This document shows, piece after piece, positions 1 through 9,598 of a stretch of DNA of 64,000 bases. The stretch lies in NCBI GenBank assembly GCA_014859265.1, contig JACUUN010000250.1:1240-65239 (forward strand). Direction: 5' to 3'. Numbering within the stretch: position 1 is the first letter of the stretch; each line of letters starts with the position of its first letter. This DNA comes from Coriobacteriia bacterium. Lineage in GTDB: Bacteria; Actinomycetota; Coriobacteriia; Anaerosomatales; SLCP01. The notes below the pieces were generated by a model that searched no databases, was not told where the DNA came from, and worked only from the letters and a program-made list of their open reading frames with translations. Position numbers and translations under genes: made by a program.

Positions 1-1345
1 GGCTGATGAGCCAGTCCCGCAGGCGAAAGTTGATCGAGAACCGGCCCGTGCCCCGATCCTCGAGCCACCTCGTGACCGCCTGTACCCCGGCACCACCCTT
101 ACCGGTCGGCATGCCGGTGAACGCACCAGACTGCACCATGATGCCGGGACCGTCGTACGCGCACTCCCACGTCACGTTATCGAACTGGCGGTCGCGGACC
201 TCGCGAAGCGTCTCGAGGGCGGGATCGTCCTCGGGCAGCACCACTGGCGGAATCGGTAGTCCGTACGTGCGCGCGAACTCGAAGTCGCGCTGGTCCCCGC
301 AGGGAACGGCCATCACCGCACCGGTTCCGTACTCCATCAGCACATAGTCCGCGACCCACACCGGGACCTTCTCGCCGTTGACAGGATTGACCACGTAGCG
401 CCCGGTGAACGCACCGCGCTTCTCACGCTCACCCATGGCCCGCTCGACGGCCGTCTCTTTGGCGGCAGCTTCGACGACCTTGAGCACAGGTGCGGCGTAC
501 TCGGTCCCGTAGACGAGCTCGCCAACGAGCGGATGCTCCGGCGCCAGCAGGAAGAACGTGCAGCCGAACAGCGTGTCCGGCCGCGTAGTGAACACCGTGA
601 TGGTGGTGTCGGTCGGTTCACCGTCGGCATCGCAGAGCGTGAAGTCCACCTCGGCGCCTTCGGAACGGCCTATCCAGTTGGCCTGCATCGCCTTGACCCG
701 CTCGGGCCAGCCGGGCAGCGTCTCCAGATCGTTGAGCAGCTCGTCGGCGTACTCGGTTATCTTGAAGTACCACTGTTCGAGCTCACGCTTTTCGACAGCG
801 CTCTTGCACCGCCAACACACGCCGTCGCCGAGCACCTGCTCGTTGGCGAGAACGGTCTTGCAGCTGGGGCACCAGTTGACCGGACTACTCTTGCGCTCGA
901 CGAGCCCGCGTTCCCAGAACTTCAGGAAGATCCACTGGCCCCACCGGTAGTAGCCCTCGTCGCAGGTGACGACGGTGCGGTCCCAGTCGTAGCTGAAACC
1001 CATCCGCTTGAACGAAGCCTTCTGCGTCTCGATGTTGGCGTAGGTCCACTCGGCCGGATGTGTGTTGCTCTTGATCGCGGCGTTCTCGGCGGGAAGCCCG
1101 AATGCGTCCCAGCCGATGGGGTGCAGCACCTGGTGGCCGCGCATAGTGAGGTGACGGGCGACCACGTCGCCGATGGTGTAGTTTCGGACGTGACCCATGT
1201 GGATGTCGCCGCTCGGATACGGGAACATCTCGAGGAGGTAGTACGTGGGCTTCGTCGCATCCTCGGTCACCGAGTAGAGGCTGTCACGCTCCCAGGCGTC
1301 CTGCCACTTGGGCTCTATGGCGTGCGGATCGTACCTACGGCTCAC
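1..1345 (-). CDS. leuS: Leucyl-tRNA synthetase, N-terminal part (runs off the window start; not in the ORF track)
   Basis: Manual translation from GTG 1345 (GGAGG RBS at 1351-1355): [18 protein letters not shown]...[25 protein letters not shown]...[18 protein letters not shown], a class I HIGH-like motif. Confidence 0.97.
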   Translation of the reverse strand, partial: MSRRYDPHAIEPKWQDAWERDSLYSVTEDATKPTYYLLEMFPYPSGDIHMGHVRNYTIGDVVARHLTMRGHQVLHPIGWDAFGLPAENAAIKSNTHPAEWTYANIETQKASFKRMGFSYDWDRTVVTCDEGYYRWGQWIFLKFWERGLVERKSSPVNWCPSCKTVLANEQVLGDGVCWRCKSAVEKRELEQWYFKITEYADELLNDLETLPGWPERVKAMQANWIGRSEGAEVDFTLCDADGEPTDTTITVFTTRPDTLFGCTFFLLAPEHPLVGELVYGTEYAAPVLKVVEAAAKETAVERAMGEREKRGAFTGRYVVNPVNGEKVPVWVADYVLMEYGTGAVMAVPCGDQRDFEFARTYGLPIPPVVLPEDDPALETLREVRDRQFDNVTWECAYDGPGIMVQSGAFTGMPTGKGGAGVQAVTRWLEDRGTGRFSINFRLRDWLIS

Positions 1346-1480
1346 GTGGGCCTCCAGGCAGAAGGGTTCAGGTGCGTCTTCCGCATGATAGCGGGAAGCG
1401 CACCGGTTCGGAACCTGAAGCCGTGGTGTGGGGCAAAGCACAACGCCCGCCAGATGTGCGACGGACGTCGAGGTTTCGTC

Positions 1481-1556
1481 TGGTGGAGCCAAGGGGGATC
1501 GAACCCCTGACCTCATGGCTGCCAGCCATGCGCTCTCCCAGCTGAGCTATGGCCCC
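1481..1556 (-). tRNA. tRNA-Ala(GGC), CCA encoded
   Basis: Reverse complement GGGGCCATAGCTCAGCTGGGAGAGCGCATGGCTGGCAGCCATGAGGTCAGGGGTTCGATCCCCCTTGGCTCCACCA folds into a 76-nt cloverleaf with anticodon GGC and a G3:U70 pair. Confidence 0.99.
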
Positions 1557-1586
1557 ACATCTGGGTCCGCGTGAGCGGCAGGGGTT

Positions 1587-1614
1587 AGTATATCAGGCGT
1601 TCCGCGCCGGTCAA
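1587..1614 (-). promoter_or_regulatory. Sigma70-type promoter for tRNA-Ala
   Basis: TTGACC (1614-1609), 16-nt spacer, TATACT (1592-1587), about 30 nt upstream of the tRNA. Confidence 0.7.
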
Positions 1615-1678
1615 CCGTCTCCCATGGGCCCCGGCCCGCGACCCTGAGCAGCCGTTGTTGACCGGCTGGCCGGCGCGC

Positions 1679-2620
1679 CTATGGCTGTGTTTCCTCGGGC
1701 TCTACCAACGGTACCGGCATACCCTCAAGCGAAAGCTCGTGGACAACCCGTGCGCCGCCCTCCCGGACACCCACCAGCTCCGCGAGGACCATTCCGCCGA
1801 GGATAAGCGCGCTTCCTGCAAGACCCCCGATACCGAAGTAGTCACCGGCGAGCCAGCCAAAGAAGCCGCCGAAGGCGGGCTCCGTCACCAGAACGAGCGC
1901 TGTCTTCGTCGGCGAGATATGTCGTTGCGCGTATGTTTGCACAGCGAACGCGACCGCCGAGGCGAGGACACCGGTGAGCAAGAGTGCGAACCAGACCGAC
2001 CCGTCCTTCGGCAGGCCGGGCTGTTCTACCATCAGTGAGATAGCCGCACAGACGACCGCAACGACCGCGAGTTGAGTGAGCGTGAGGGCTCCGACGTCGT
2101 GACGCGTTCCCAGGCTTCCAAGAACAATCATGTGAGCCGCATAAGCGACCGCACACAGCAACACACGCGTGTCTCCCTGCGTCCAACCGTCTGCTGAGGC
2201 ACCGGAGAGCAGCCACAGCCCCGCCACCGCCAGCACTACTCCGAACAGTGTCAGTTTCCGGGGTGGATGGCGCAGCACGACTGCCTGCATGAGCGGCGTG
2301 ATGACGACGAACATACCCGTGATGAACGCCGCTTTGCTCGCCGTGGTGCCCTGCAGTCCCCATGTCTGGAAGACGTAGCCGGCAGTCAGTAGCGCGCCTG
2401 CCAGTACACCCACCTGCAGCGTACCGGAGGCGAAACGCGCGAACGAGCGGGGAAAGAGCAGCATGAATGCGATAACCGCGATGGTGAAGCGCAGGCCCAG
2501 GAACCCGTAGAGGGGATAGCGTTCGACCGCATCCTTGACCAGCACAAACGTTCCGCCCCAGACCGCCGCGATCCCAATCAGAGCGGCAGTGACCCACAGG
2601 CGCGTCGCCCGTGATGTCAC
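1679..2620 (-). CDS. DMT/EamA family transporter
   Basis: About 10 hydrophobic helices in two EamA-like repeats (AAFITGMFVVITP; TKTALVLVTEPAFG). Confidence 0.9.
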   Translation of the reverse strand: MTSRATRLWVTAALIGIAAVWGGTFVLVKDAVERYPLYGFLGLRFTIAVIAFMLLFPRSFARFASGTLQVGVLAGALLTAGYVFQTWGLQGTTASKAAFITGMFVVITPLMQAVVLRHPPRKLTLFGVVLAVAGLWLLSGASADGWTQGDTRVLLCAVAYAAHMIVLGSLGTRHDVGALTLTQLAVVAVVCAAISLMVEQPGLPKDGSVWFALLLTGVLASAVAFAVQTYAQRHISPTKTALVLVTEPAFGGFFGWLAGDYFGIGGLAGSALILGGMVLAELVGVREGGARVVHELSLEGMPVPLVEPEETQP

Positions 2621-3042
2621 GGTACAGCGGTCCCGGAGTGATAGGCGTCAACGTCGGGTGTGTCTGCCCCGGCGAGTCGTTCTGCACTGCCCGTGACCTC
2701 CTCGGGCAGGCCGAGTCTCGGCGCATCTCCCCACAGCTTCTCCAGGCGATAGAAGTCTCGCTCCTCAGGCTGGAATACGTGGACGACGACATCAACGAAA
2801 TCAATCAGCACCCACGTGCCCTCCTCTGCGCCCTCGACACCGATGGCGGGCAGTCCTGCCTGCTTGAGCTTGAACTCCACCTCTTCGGCAATCGTTCGCA
2901 CCTGGCGGTCGTTGCGCCCGGTACAGATCACGAAGTAGTCGGTCACCACGAGGAGTTCACCGACGTCTATCGCGACGATGTCCTCCGCCTTCTTCTCCGA
3001 TGCCGCCTCGGCTGCAAGCCTCGCGTAGTCCCGTGAATCCAG
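2617..3042 (-). CDS. rsfS: Ribosome silencing factor RsfS, probable CTG start
   Basis: EKKAEDIVAIDV...DYFVICTG...QVRTIAEEV...EGAEEGTWVLIDFVDVVVHVFQPEERDFYRLEKLWGDA. The ORF-track start at 3195 overlaps the upstream gene. Confidence 0.92.
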   Translation of the reverse strand: MDSRDYARLAAEAASEKKAEDIVAIDVGELLVVTDYFVICTGRNDRQVRTIAEEVEFKLKQAGLPAIGVEGAEEGTWVLIDFVDVVVHVFQPEERDFYRLEKLWGDAPRLGLPEEVTGSAERLAGADTPDVDAYHSGTAVP

Positions 3043-3073
3043 TGCTCTCCCCTGCTTTCTGTCTCGACGTGAC

Positions 3074-4195
3074 CTACGGAGCCGTTTCCGGCGTCGGCGG
3101 CTCAAAATCCGATCCGATGATGATGATGATGTCGGCGACCTCCTGGTCAGCAGGCTGCGAGACCACCTCGCCAACACCGAGGACCTCGCGAACACGCTCC
3201 CCGCTCTGGAGGCCGCCCCGTTGCATGACGATCTGGGTCACCTCGTAGTCGAAGCTATCTGCATTCTTGGTGTCAACGACCCTGAAGCCGCCTCTGATGA
3301 GCGCCTGCGCGGCCTGGCCTGCTACACCCGGCTCGCCGGAGCCGTTGTAAACGATCACGCGCACCGTGGAATCCTCGGTGTCGATGGTCACTCCCCACCA
3401 GGAAGCCACGAGGTCGGCTATCTCGTCGCGCTGCGGCTCAAAATACGTCTGCGAGCCGACATTGACCGGCTTGACCGGCATTGGTACCAGCGCCACGTTG
3501 TCGGAAAGCACCTCGGAGAGAAAGTCCTTCCACCGCTTGAGCTCCTCGCCAGAAAGGTTCGTGTCCAAAGCGACGTCGAGCAACCCGGCCACGGACTGCT
3601 GTGTAAGCGCGTTCTGATAGACCTCGGAGTCCACCACGGCATACCCCGTGAATGGTACGGTAAAGAAGTTGGTGACGGCCGCAAGCGAGGTGTCTGCCCC
3701 CGTGACGTAGCTGTCACCGACCCGCTCGAAACCCTGACCAGGAACCTCGATGAACGCCCCGTCCGGAATAGCGATACCGAACACTTGCTGCTGGTCCGAC
3801 ACCACACGCATGGCGAGGAATCCCGTCGCCCTGCCCTCGGTCACGCCTATGACGAGCAGATTGTCGCGGGCCTTCTCGGCCTGAGCCTCGGGAGACGCCT
3901 CCTGCACCGCAAGCCGCTTGGCGTTCCACCGTGCCATGCCGTTGATGGCGACTGCGGCACCCCAGACCAGCAGGACTATCAGTACGATCGCTCCGGCTCC
4001 CATGAGGGTGAGATAGAACCCGTTGCGGGCCGTCCAGCGCACGGTGTCCAGCGCACCGGACACGCGCTCTCGTTGCTCGTGAGCGCGAATCGCACGCTCG
4101 GCGTCCCTACGCACCCGTGACCCACGGCGCGAGCTGCGCCACCCGGTAGGCATCTCGGGCGGCGAGGTCGAATCTCCCTTGCTGCGGGCAATCAC
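3074..4195 (-). CDS. Membrane-anchored LCP-like protein with a C-terminal LytR_C domain
   Basis: GTG 4195 with GAGGAG RBS, overlapping the yqeK stop. One TM helix; C-terminal VRVIVYNGSGEPGVAGQAAQALIRGGF...ADIIIIIGSDF is LytR_C-like. Confidence 0.75.
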   Translation of the reverse strand: MIARSKGDSTSPPEMPTGWRSSRRGSRVRRDAERAIRAHEQRERVSGALDTVRWTARNGFYLTLMGAGAIVLIVLLVWGAAVAINGMARWNAKRLAVQEASPEAQAEKARDNLLVIGVTEGRATGFLAMRVVSDQQQVFGIAIPDGAFIEVPGQGFERVGDSYVTGADTSLAAVTNFFTVPFTGYAVVDSEVYQNALTQQSVAGLLDVALDTNLSGEELKRWKDFLSEVLSDNVALVPMPVKPVNVGSQTYFEPQRDEIADLVASWWGVTIDTEDSTVRVIVYNGSGEPGVAGQAAQALIRGGFRVVDTKNADSFDYEVTQIVMQRGGLQSGERVREVLGVGEVVSQPADQEVADIIIIIGSDFEPPTPETAP

Positions 4196-4767
4196 ACGTG
4201 CTCCTCGACAATGCTGTTCCACGCCTCGACGGTCGCTGGATGGATCCGGCGGCGCCCACGTACGAGGTGCTCGAGCGAGGCAGCGTACGCCCGCGCGTAT
4301 AGTTCGCCGAGCGGAATGCGGCCAACCTCATGCCGGAGCTCGTTGGCGGCAGGAGCGTCCTTGCCAGGTTCGAGGGCATCCGCGAGGTAGATCACCTGGT
4401 CGAGGCCGGTCATCCCGGCCGCGCCAAAGGTATGACGCTCGACGGCCTCGATGACCCGCTCGGGCAGCGCAGGGAACCGCTCCCTCAGCGCCGCGGCCCC
4501 CGTCCTCGCGTGGAGGAGGTAGGGCACGGTTTCGTCCACCGTGGTCACGTCGACGCCAAGCCGGATGGCCTCGTCACGCAGGGAAGCGGCATTTTCATCT
4601 CGGGACCAGTCGTGAAGCAGTCCGGCGAGATACGCCTCGTCCCGGTCGACCCCGTAGACCTCGGCCAGACGCACCGCAGTCTCCGCCACCGCGATGCTAT
4701 GGGCGTACCCGCGCTCACCGAGCCGAGTCGCGAGCGCCGCGCGAGCTTCGGCGGCGTTCACTGTCAT
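4192..4767 (-). CDS. yqeK: YqeK-like HD-domain Ap4A hydrolase
   Basis: ATG 4767 overlaps the nadD stop. AHSIAVA...AGLLHDWSR...LLHARTGA...IERHTFG...YLADALEP; nadD-yqeK-rsfS synteny. Confidence 0.9.
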   Translation of the reverse strand: MTVNAAEARAALATRLGERGYAHSIAVAETAVRLAEVYGVDRDEAYLAGLLHDWSRDENAASLRDEAIRLGVDVTTVDETVPYLLHARTGAAALRERFPALPERVIEAVERHTFGAAGMTGLDQVIYLADALEPGKDAPAANELRHEVGRIPLGELYARAYAASLEHLVRGRRRIHPATVEAWNSIVEEHV

Positions 4768-5387
4768 GACTGCCGAGCCTCCCGGTACAGCCCGTACTTC
4801 TGGATATAGGCGGCTACCGCCTCGGGCATCAGATAGCGGATGGGGCGCCGCTCGGCGACGCGCCGGCGGATGTCCGTCGAGGAGATGGCGAGCGCGGGGA
4901 CCTCGATGAAGTGTATGTCGATGCGGGAAAGCTCCTCCGAGTGCACCTGCTGTGCGGCCTCCAGGTCGTATCCGGGGCGCGTAGCGGCAATGAAGGTCGC
5001 AAGCCCGCGGAACCGCTCCGCGTCCTTCCACATGACGATCTCCCACACCGCATCCGCTCCGGTTATGAAGAAGAGCTCGGCGTGGGGACCATGAACGTCG
5101 CGAAGGGCATTGAGTGTGTCCACCGTGTAGGTGACGCCAGGCCGGTCGATTTCCATGCGCGATACCTCGAAATCAGGATTCGCGGCGGTCGCGATGACCG
5201 TCATAAGATAGCGGTGCTCCGCGGGCGTCACCTCGACGTCGGTCTTGCGGGCGGGACGCCCGGCAGGCATGACGATGACCCGGTCCAGGTTGAACTGGAC
5301 CAGGGCCTCCTCAGCGGTGACGAGGTGTCCGAAGTGGATGGGGTCGAAGGTCCCACCCATGATGCCGAGGCGCGTCGTGGCTCTCAC
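4764..5387 (-). CDS. nadD: Nicotinate-nucleotide adenylyltransferase
   Basis: GIMGGTFDPIHFGHL, FITGADA and ISSTDIR motifs. Confidence 0.97.
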   Translation of the reverse strand: MRATTRLGIMGGTFDPIHFGHLVTAEEALVQFNLDRVIVMPAGRPARKTDVEVTPAEHRYLMTVIATAANPDFEVSRMEIDRPGVTYTVDTLNALRDVHGPHAELFFITGADAVWEIVMWKDAERFRGLATFIAATRPGYDLEAAQQVHSEELSRIDIHFIEVPALAISSTDIRRRVAERRPIRYLMPEAVAAYIQKYGLYREARQS

Positions 5388-6637
5388 TCCCGGATCTGCC
5401 CATTCCCCATTAGGATGAACTTCGACGACGTCAGCGCAGAGAGGCCCATCGGCCCGCGCGCATGAAGCTTCTGCGTCGAGATGCCGATCTCCGCACCGAG
5501 ACCGAACTCCCCGCCATCAGTGAAGCGCGTCGAGGCGTTAACGTACACCGCCGCAGCATCGACCTCGCCAACGAAGCGCTGGGCCGCCGCGTAGTCCGCC
5601 GTCACAATGGCCTCCGAGTGCTTCGAACCGTACGTATTGATGTGCTCGATCGCCTCGTCGAGCCCGGCGACGACCTTTACCGATATCTTGAGATCGAGGT
5701 ACTCGGTAGCCCAGTCCTCCTCCGTGGCGGGCTCCACGCTCTGCACCGCTCCAAGGGAGGCGACGCGCTCATCTCCTACTATGACCACACCGTTCGCCTC
5801 CAACTCGCCGAGTATGGGCGGCAGTATCTGCTCGTACACAGCCGCATCGACGAGCAGGCTCTCGACCGCGTTGCAGACCCCCGGGCGCTGACACTTCGCG
5901 TTCACCACGATCTGGCGAGCCATCTCAAGGTCCGCGCCTTCGTGGAGATAGACATGGCAGTTGCCCACGCCGGTCTCAATGACGGGAACCTTCGCATTCT
6001 CGACGACGCTGCGGATCAGGCCCACACCGCCCCGCGGGATAAGGACGTCGATGTGGCCGTGAAGGCCCATGAGCTCTTCGGCGGCCTCGCGGTTCGTAGA
6101 CTCGACGCTTTGGATGCATCCCCCGGGCATGCCTGCTGCCTCAGCGGCAGCTGCGAGCACGCGTGTCAGCGCCATATTCGACTCTGCGGCAAGCGACCCG
6201 CCGCGCATGATCACGGCGTTGCCCGTCTTCAGGCAGAGCCCGGCCGCGTCGGCTGTCACGTTGGGCCGGGCCTCGTAGATGATAGCCACCACGCCGAGCG
6301 GGACGCGCACCTTGCTGAGGCGGATCCCGTTGGGCAGCGTGTGCCCCTCTACGATCTCACCGATGGGGTCGGGCAACGATGCAAGGGCCTCGAGGGCCTG
6401 GGCTATGGCCTCGAGCCGCTTTGGGTCGAGCGCCAGCCGGTCAAGCAGCGAAGGCGGAGTGCCACCGGCCCGGGCGGCCTTCATGTCCCGCGCGTTCGCG
6501 TCCAGGATCTCGCCGCTCCGCTCGCGCACACCGGCCGCCATAGCCATGAGTGCGCCGTCACGCTCGGCACTGGATGTCACGCCCAGACGGCCCGCTGCAC
6601 GGCGCGCCCGTACTGCAAGGTTCATCACTTCCGACAT
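5384..6637 (-). CDS. proA: Gamma-glutamyl phosphate reductase
   Basis: PLGVVAIIYEARPNVT, GVCNAVESLLV and STRFTDGGEFGLGAEIGISTQKLHARGPMGL motifs. Confidence 0.98.
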   Translation of the reverse strand: MSEVMNLAVRARRAAGRLGVTSSAERDGALMAMAAGVRERSGEILDANARDMKAARAGGTPPSLLDRLALDPKRLEAIAQALEALASLPDPIGEIVEGHTLPNGIRLSKVRVPLGVVAIIYEARPNVTADAAGLCLKTGNAVIMRGGSLAAESNMALTRVLAAAAEAAGMPGGCIQSVESTNREAAEELMGLHGHIDVLIPRGGVGLIRSVVENAKVPVIETGVGNCHVYLHEGADLEMARQIVVNAKCQRPGVCNAVESLLVDAAVYEQILPPILGELEANGVVIVGDERVASLGAVQSVEPATEEDWATEYLDLKISVKVVAGLDEAIEHINTYGSKHSEAIVTADYAAAQRFVGEVDAAAVYVNASTRFTDGGEFGLGAEIGISTQKLHARGPMGLSALTSSKFILMGNGQIRE

Positions 6638-6699
6638 GCCGACCCCTTCTCTTACCCGGAGAACCCTTCTCGAGTCCGGGTCACGAACACCGCTGTGCC

Positions 6700-7806
6700 C
6701 TACAGAATCACCAGGTGATCACGGTGGACAACCGTCTTGCCCGCCGCGGCCGGGAGGACCTCGGCGATCCGAGCGGACTGCATCCCCCGTACCACCTCGA
6801 GATCGTCCGAGGATAGAGCAGTCAGTCCCCGGGCCACCACCACGCCCGAGGCGTCTTTCAATACTATCGCATCGCCAGGCGCGAACGTTCCTGAAACCGA
6901 TACCACGCCTGCGGGCAACAGACTCTTGCCACGGTCGCACAGCGCCGCCTTGGCACCTTCGTCGATGACTACTTCGCCCTTCGGAGTTCCCCCGAGCGCG
7001 ATCCAGAGCTTCCGGGCGCCCAAACCTGCTGCTCCGCCCGCAAAAAACGTCCCCACCGGCTTACCTTCGACCGCGTCCGGCACGACGCCGGGCCTGCGAC
7101 CGTCGCACACCACCATCGGGATACCCGCGCGCATAAGCACTCTGGCCGCCTCGACTTTCGTCGCCATACCGCCCGAGCCCACGCCAGAGCCCGTACCGCT
7201 GGCGGCACTCATCATCTGGTCGGTGAGCTCCTCGACGTGCTCGACCAGCTGCGCCTCGGCGCTAAGTCGCGGGTCGGCGTCGTAGAGCCCCTCGATGTCG
7301 GTAAGGAGCACGACCAGGTCTGCACGGACCATGGTCGCCACCAGGGCGGCGAGCGTGTCGTTATCACCGAAGCGGATCTCGTCCACCGCAACAGTATCGT
7401 TCTCGTTTACGACCGGCATGACGCCGAGTGCCAGGAGCCGCTCGAGCGTGTCCCGGGCGTGAAGGTAAGCCTGACGGTGCGCCGTATCGTGGCGGGTCAG
7501 CAGGACCTGACCGACCGCGATGCCGCGAGCGGCCGCCAGCGCCGCGTACATCCCGAGCACCTGAACCTGACCCACGGCCGCGGAGGCCTGTAGGGACGGC
7601 ATGTCGGCAGGTCGGGTGTGTATCCCGAGAGCCTGCATGCCCGCAGCGATGGCACCCGACGTGACCAGCACCACGTGGACTCCCCGGTTGCGCACCTCGG
7701 CGACCTGCTCGAGAAGCGCATCGGCGTATGCCCGGTCGACTCCTTCACCTTCAGGAGCGAGCGTGGAACTGCCCACCTTGATGACCACTCTGCGGATGGC
7801 GTCCAT
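6700..7806 (-). CDS. proB: Glutamate 5-kinase with PUA domain
   Basis: VVIKVGSS, NENDTV...FGDNDTLAALVA and GSGGMATK motifs; C-terminal PUA domain. Confidence 0.98.
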   Translation of the reverse strand: MDAIRRVVIKVGSSTLAPEGEGVDRAYADALLEQVAEVRNRGVHVVLVTSGAIAAGMQALGIHTRPADMPSLQASAAVGQVQVLGMYAALAAARGIAVGQVLLTRHDTAHRQAYLHARDTLERLLALGVMPVVNENDTVAVDEIRFGDNDTLAALVATMVRADLVVLLTDIEGLYDADPRLSAEAQLVEHVEELTDQMMSAASGTGSGVGSGGMATKVEAARVLMRAGIPMVVCDGRRPGVVPDAVEGKPVGTFFAGGAAGLGARKLWIALGGTPKGEVVIDEGAKAALCDRGKSLLPAGVVSVSGTFAPGDAIVLKDASGVVVARGLTALSSDDLEVVRGMQSARIAEVLPAAAGKTVVHRDHLVIL

Positions 7807-9153
7807 CTACAGCCCCTCCCCGACGTCTTCCGGCTCGTCCTCCACGAACGGCACTTCGGGATCAGCAGCCAGCGCGCCCGAGAACTCGAAGGTGGCGCCC
7901 GCGATGGCGATCTCGTCGCCGTCGACAGCGCCCGCCTCCTCGAGAGCCTTCTCGACGCCAGCTTTGACCAGGCGTTTCTGGAGGTACGCAACCGCCTCTT
8001 CGTTGTCGATTTCGGTCATGATCACCATGCGCTCGACACCCTCGCCCTTTACCCGAAAGTTGTGTGCTCCGGTGCGCACTACCCGGAAGGTGCGGTCGCG
8101 TGCGGGCCCTGCGGTGTACACACGCTCGACCGCCTTGGCCCGTGCGACCTCCTGCCGCAGCCGGTGGACCTGCTCGCCGACCGTAAACAATAGAACGTCG
8201 AGGCCCTGGCCTGTTACGGCCGACACCTCGAAGTACGGCACCTTATGCTGCGCCGCGTAGGATGCAACCGCCACCGATGCCTCAGACGCGCCATCGACAT
8301 CGCACTTGTTGCCGACGAGGACTCGCGGACGCACCGCCAGCTCCTCGGCGTGCAACACGAGCTCGCGATCGATGACTGTGATGTCGTCGACCGGGTCGCG
8401 CCCTTCCCACCCGCCCGACAAGTCGACGACGTGCAGTATCAGCGCGGTCCGCTCGATGTGCCGCAGGAATGCGTGGCCGAGGCCAACCCCTTCGTGGGCC
8501 CCCTCGATGAGACCGGGCACATCGGCAAGGACAAAAGAGTGCTCCCCCGCCTTGGCGACGCCCAGGTTCGGCACAATCGTCGTGAATGGGTAGTCGCCGA
8601 TCTTAGGCCGGGCAGCGCTCATCCGTGCTATGAGAGAGGATTTGCCGACGTTCGGCATTCCCACGAGCGCGACATCGGCCATAAGCTTCATCTCAAGGGT
8701 GATCCACCGCTCCTCGGCAGGCTCGCCGAGCTCGGAGAACGCCGGCGCACGGCGGGTGGGGGTCACGAAGTGTATGTTGCCCCTGCCCCCACGGCCACCG
8801 CGGGCCACTACGAGTCTCTGACCGTGATGCGTGAGATCCGCGAGCACCTCGCCGCTCTCGGCATCACGCACGACCGTGCCGAATGGCACCTTGAGCACGC
8901 GATCCTCGCCGGACGCGCCATGACAGACGGATCCTTTGCCGTGGATCCCGCGGGTCGCCTTGAAGTGGCGGCGGTAGTGATAGTCGAGCAGGTTGGAGAC
9001 CGTCGCGTCTGCCTCGAGGACGACATCACCCCCGCGCCCGCCGTCCCCGCCGTCGGGACCACCCTTGGGCACGTGGGCCTCACGACGGAAAGATGTGCAT
9101 CCACCTCCGCCATCACCGGCCTTCACGAATATCTTGGCTTCATCAACGAACAT
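7807..9153 (-). CDS. obgE: GTPase ObgE/CgtA
   Basis: Start at MFVDEAKIFVKAGDGGGG (ATG 9153); Gly-rich Obg fold, GMPNVGKSS, YPFTT, DVPGLIEGA. Confidence 0.98.
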   Translation of the reverse strand: MFVDEAKIFVKAGDGGGGCTSFRREAHVPKGGPDGGDGGRGGDVVLEADATVSNLLDYHYRRHFKATRGIHGKGSVCHGASGEDRVLKVPFGTVVRDAESGEVLADLTHHGQRLVVARGGRGGRGNIHFVTPTRRAPAFSELGEPAEERWITLEMKLMADVALVGMPNVGKSSLIARMSAARPKIGDYPFTTIVPNLGVAKAGEHSFVLADVPGLIEGAHEGVGLGHAFLRHIERTALILHVVDLSGGWEGRDPVDDITVIDRELVLHAEELAVRPRVLVGNKCDVDGASEASVAVASYAAQHKVPYFEVSAVTGQGLDVLLFTVGEQVHRLRQEVARAKAVERVYTAGPARDRTFRVVRTGAHNFRVKGEGVERMVIMTEIDNEEAVAYLQKRLVKAGVEKALEEAGAVDGDEIAIAGATFEFSGALAADPEVPFVEDEPEDVGEGL

Positions 9154-9202
9154 GCCGGATCCTCTGTGTCGGTATGCCTCTGCGCAGTTTCGATGATACG
9201 GG

Positions 9203-9238
9203 ACGAGCCCCCTGCTCGCGAGGGAGCGGGGGGCTCGT
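9203..9238. terminator. GC-rich hairpin downstream of rpmA
   Basis: ACGAGCCCCCTGCTC...GAGCGGGGGGCTCGT, about 15-bp stem between rpmA and obgE; no U-tract. Confidence 0.55.
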
Positions 9239-9281
9239 GTGCGCATATCGCATCGCTCGGCGCGGGCTCTGTGGGTGCTGC

Positions 9282-9536
9282 CTAGCTCTCGAATGGTCGT
9301 ACGTGAACGCGGCGCTTCAGGCCCTTGGTGAACTCGACGACGCCGTCGACCTTCGCAAAGAGCGTGTCGTCACTGCCACGACCGACGTTATCGCCGACGT
9401 GGAAATGCGTCCCGCGCTGGCGAACGAGGATTGAACCGGAGGTGACCTCCTGGCCACCGAAGCGCTTGACGCCGAGGCGCTTGGCCTTGGAGTCGCGCCC
9501 GTTCTTTGTGGAGCCGAGGCCTTTCTTGTGAGCCAT
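9282..9536 (-). CDS. rpmA: 50S ribosomal protein L27
   Basis: [28 protein letters not shown]. Confidence 0.99.
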   Translation of the reverse strand: MAHKKGLGSTKNGRDSKAKRLGVKRFGGQEVTSGSILVRQRGTHFHVGDNVGRGSDDTLFAKVDGVVEFTKGLKRRVHVRPFES

Positions 9537-9598
9537 CTCTATCTACCTGCTTTCGTGCATCCGTCCGCGGACATGCGCCGGGACGCTCTCCTATACTG

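Noticed and set aside
1346-1480. T-box riboswitch upstream of leuS
   Set aside because: The region is too short and has no T-box antiterminator consensus on the minus strand.
533-1510. Long plus-strand ORF, and similar ones at 5462-6718, 8245-9285, 12545-14293, 19738-20655, 37819-39009, 53736-55424 and 57771-58745
   Set aside because: Each is the antisense shadow of a clearly identified gene; such open frames are expected from high-GC codon bias, and none shows family motifs.
4192-5046. ORF-track N-terminal extensions (yqeK 5046, obgE 9246, radical SAM 14515, rnfA 24656, pilT 39918, rlmD 39526, acs 59666) as fusions or extra domains
   Set aside because: They overlap neighbouring genes or intergenic DNA; downstream starts have proper RBSs and match family N-termini.
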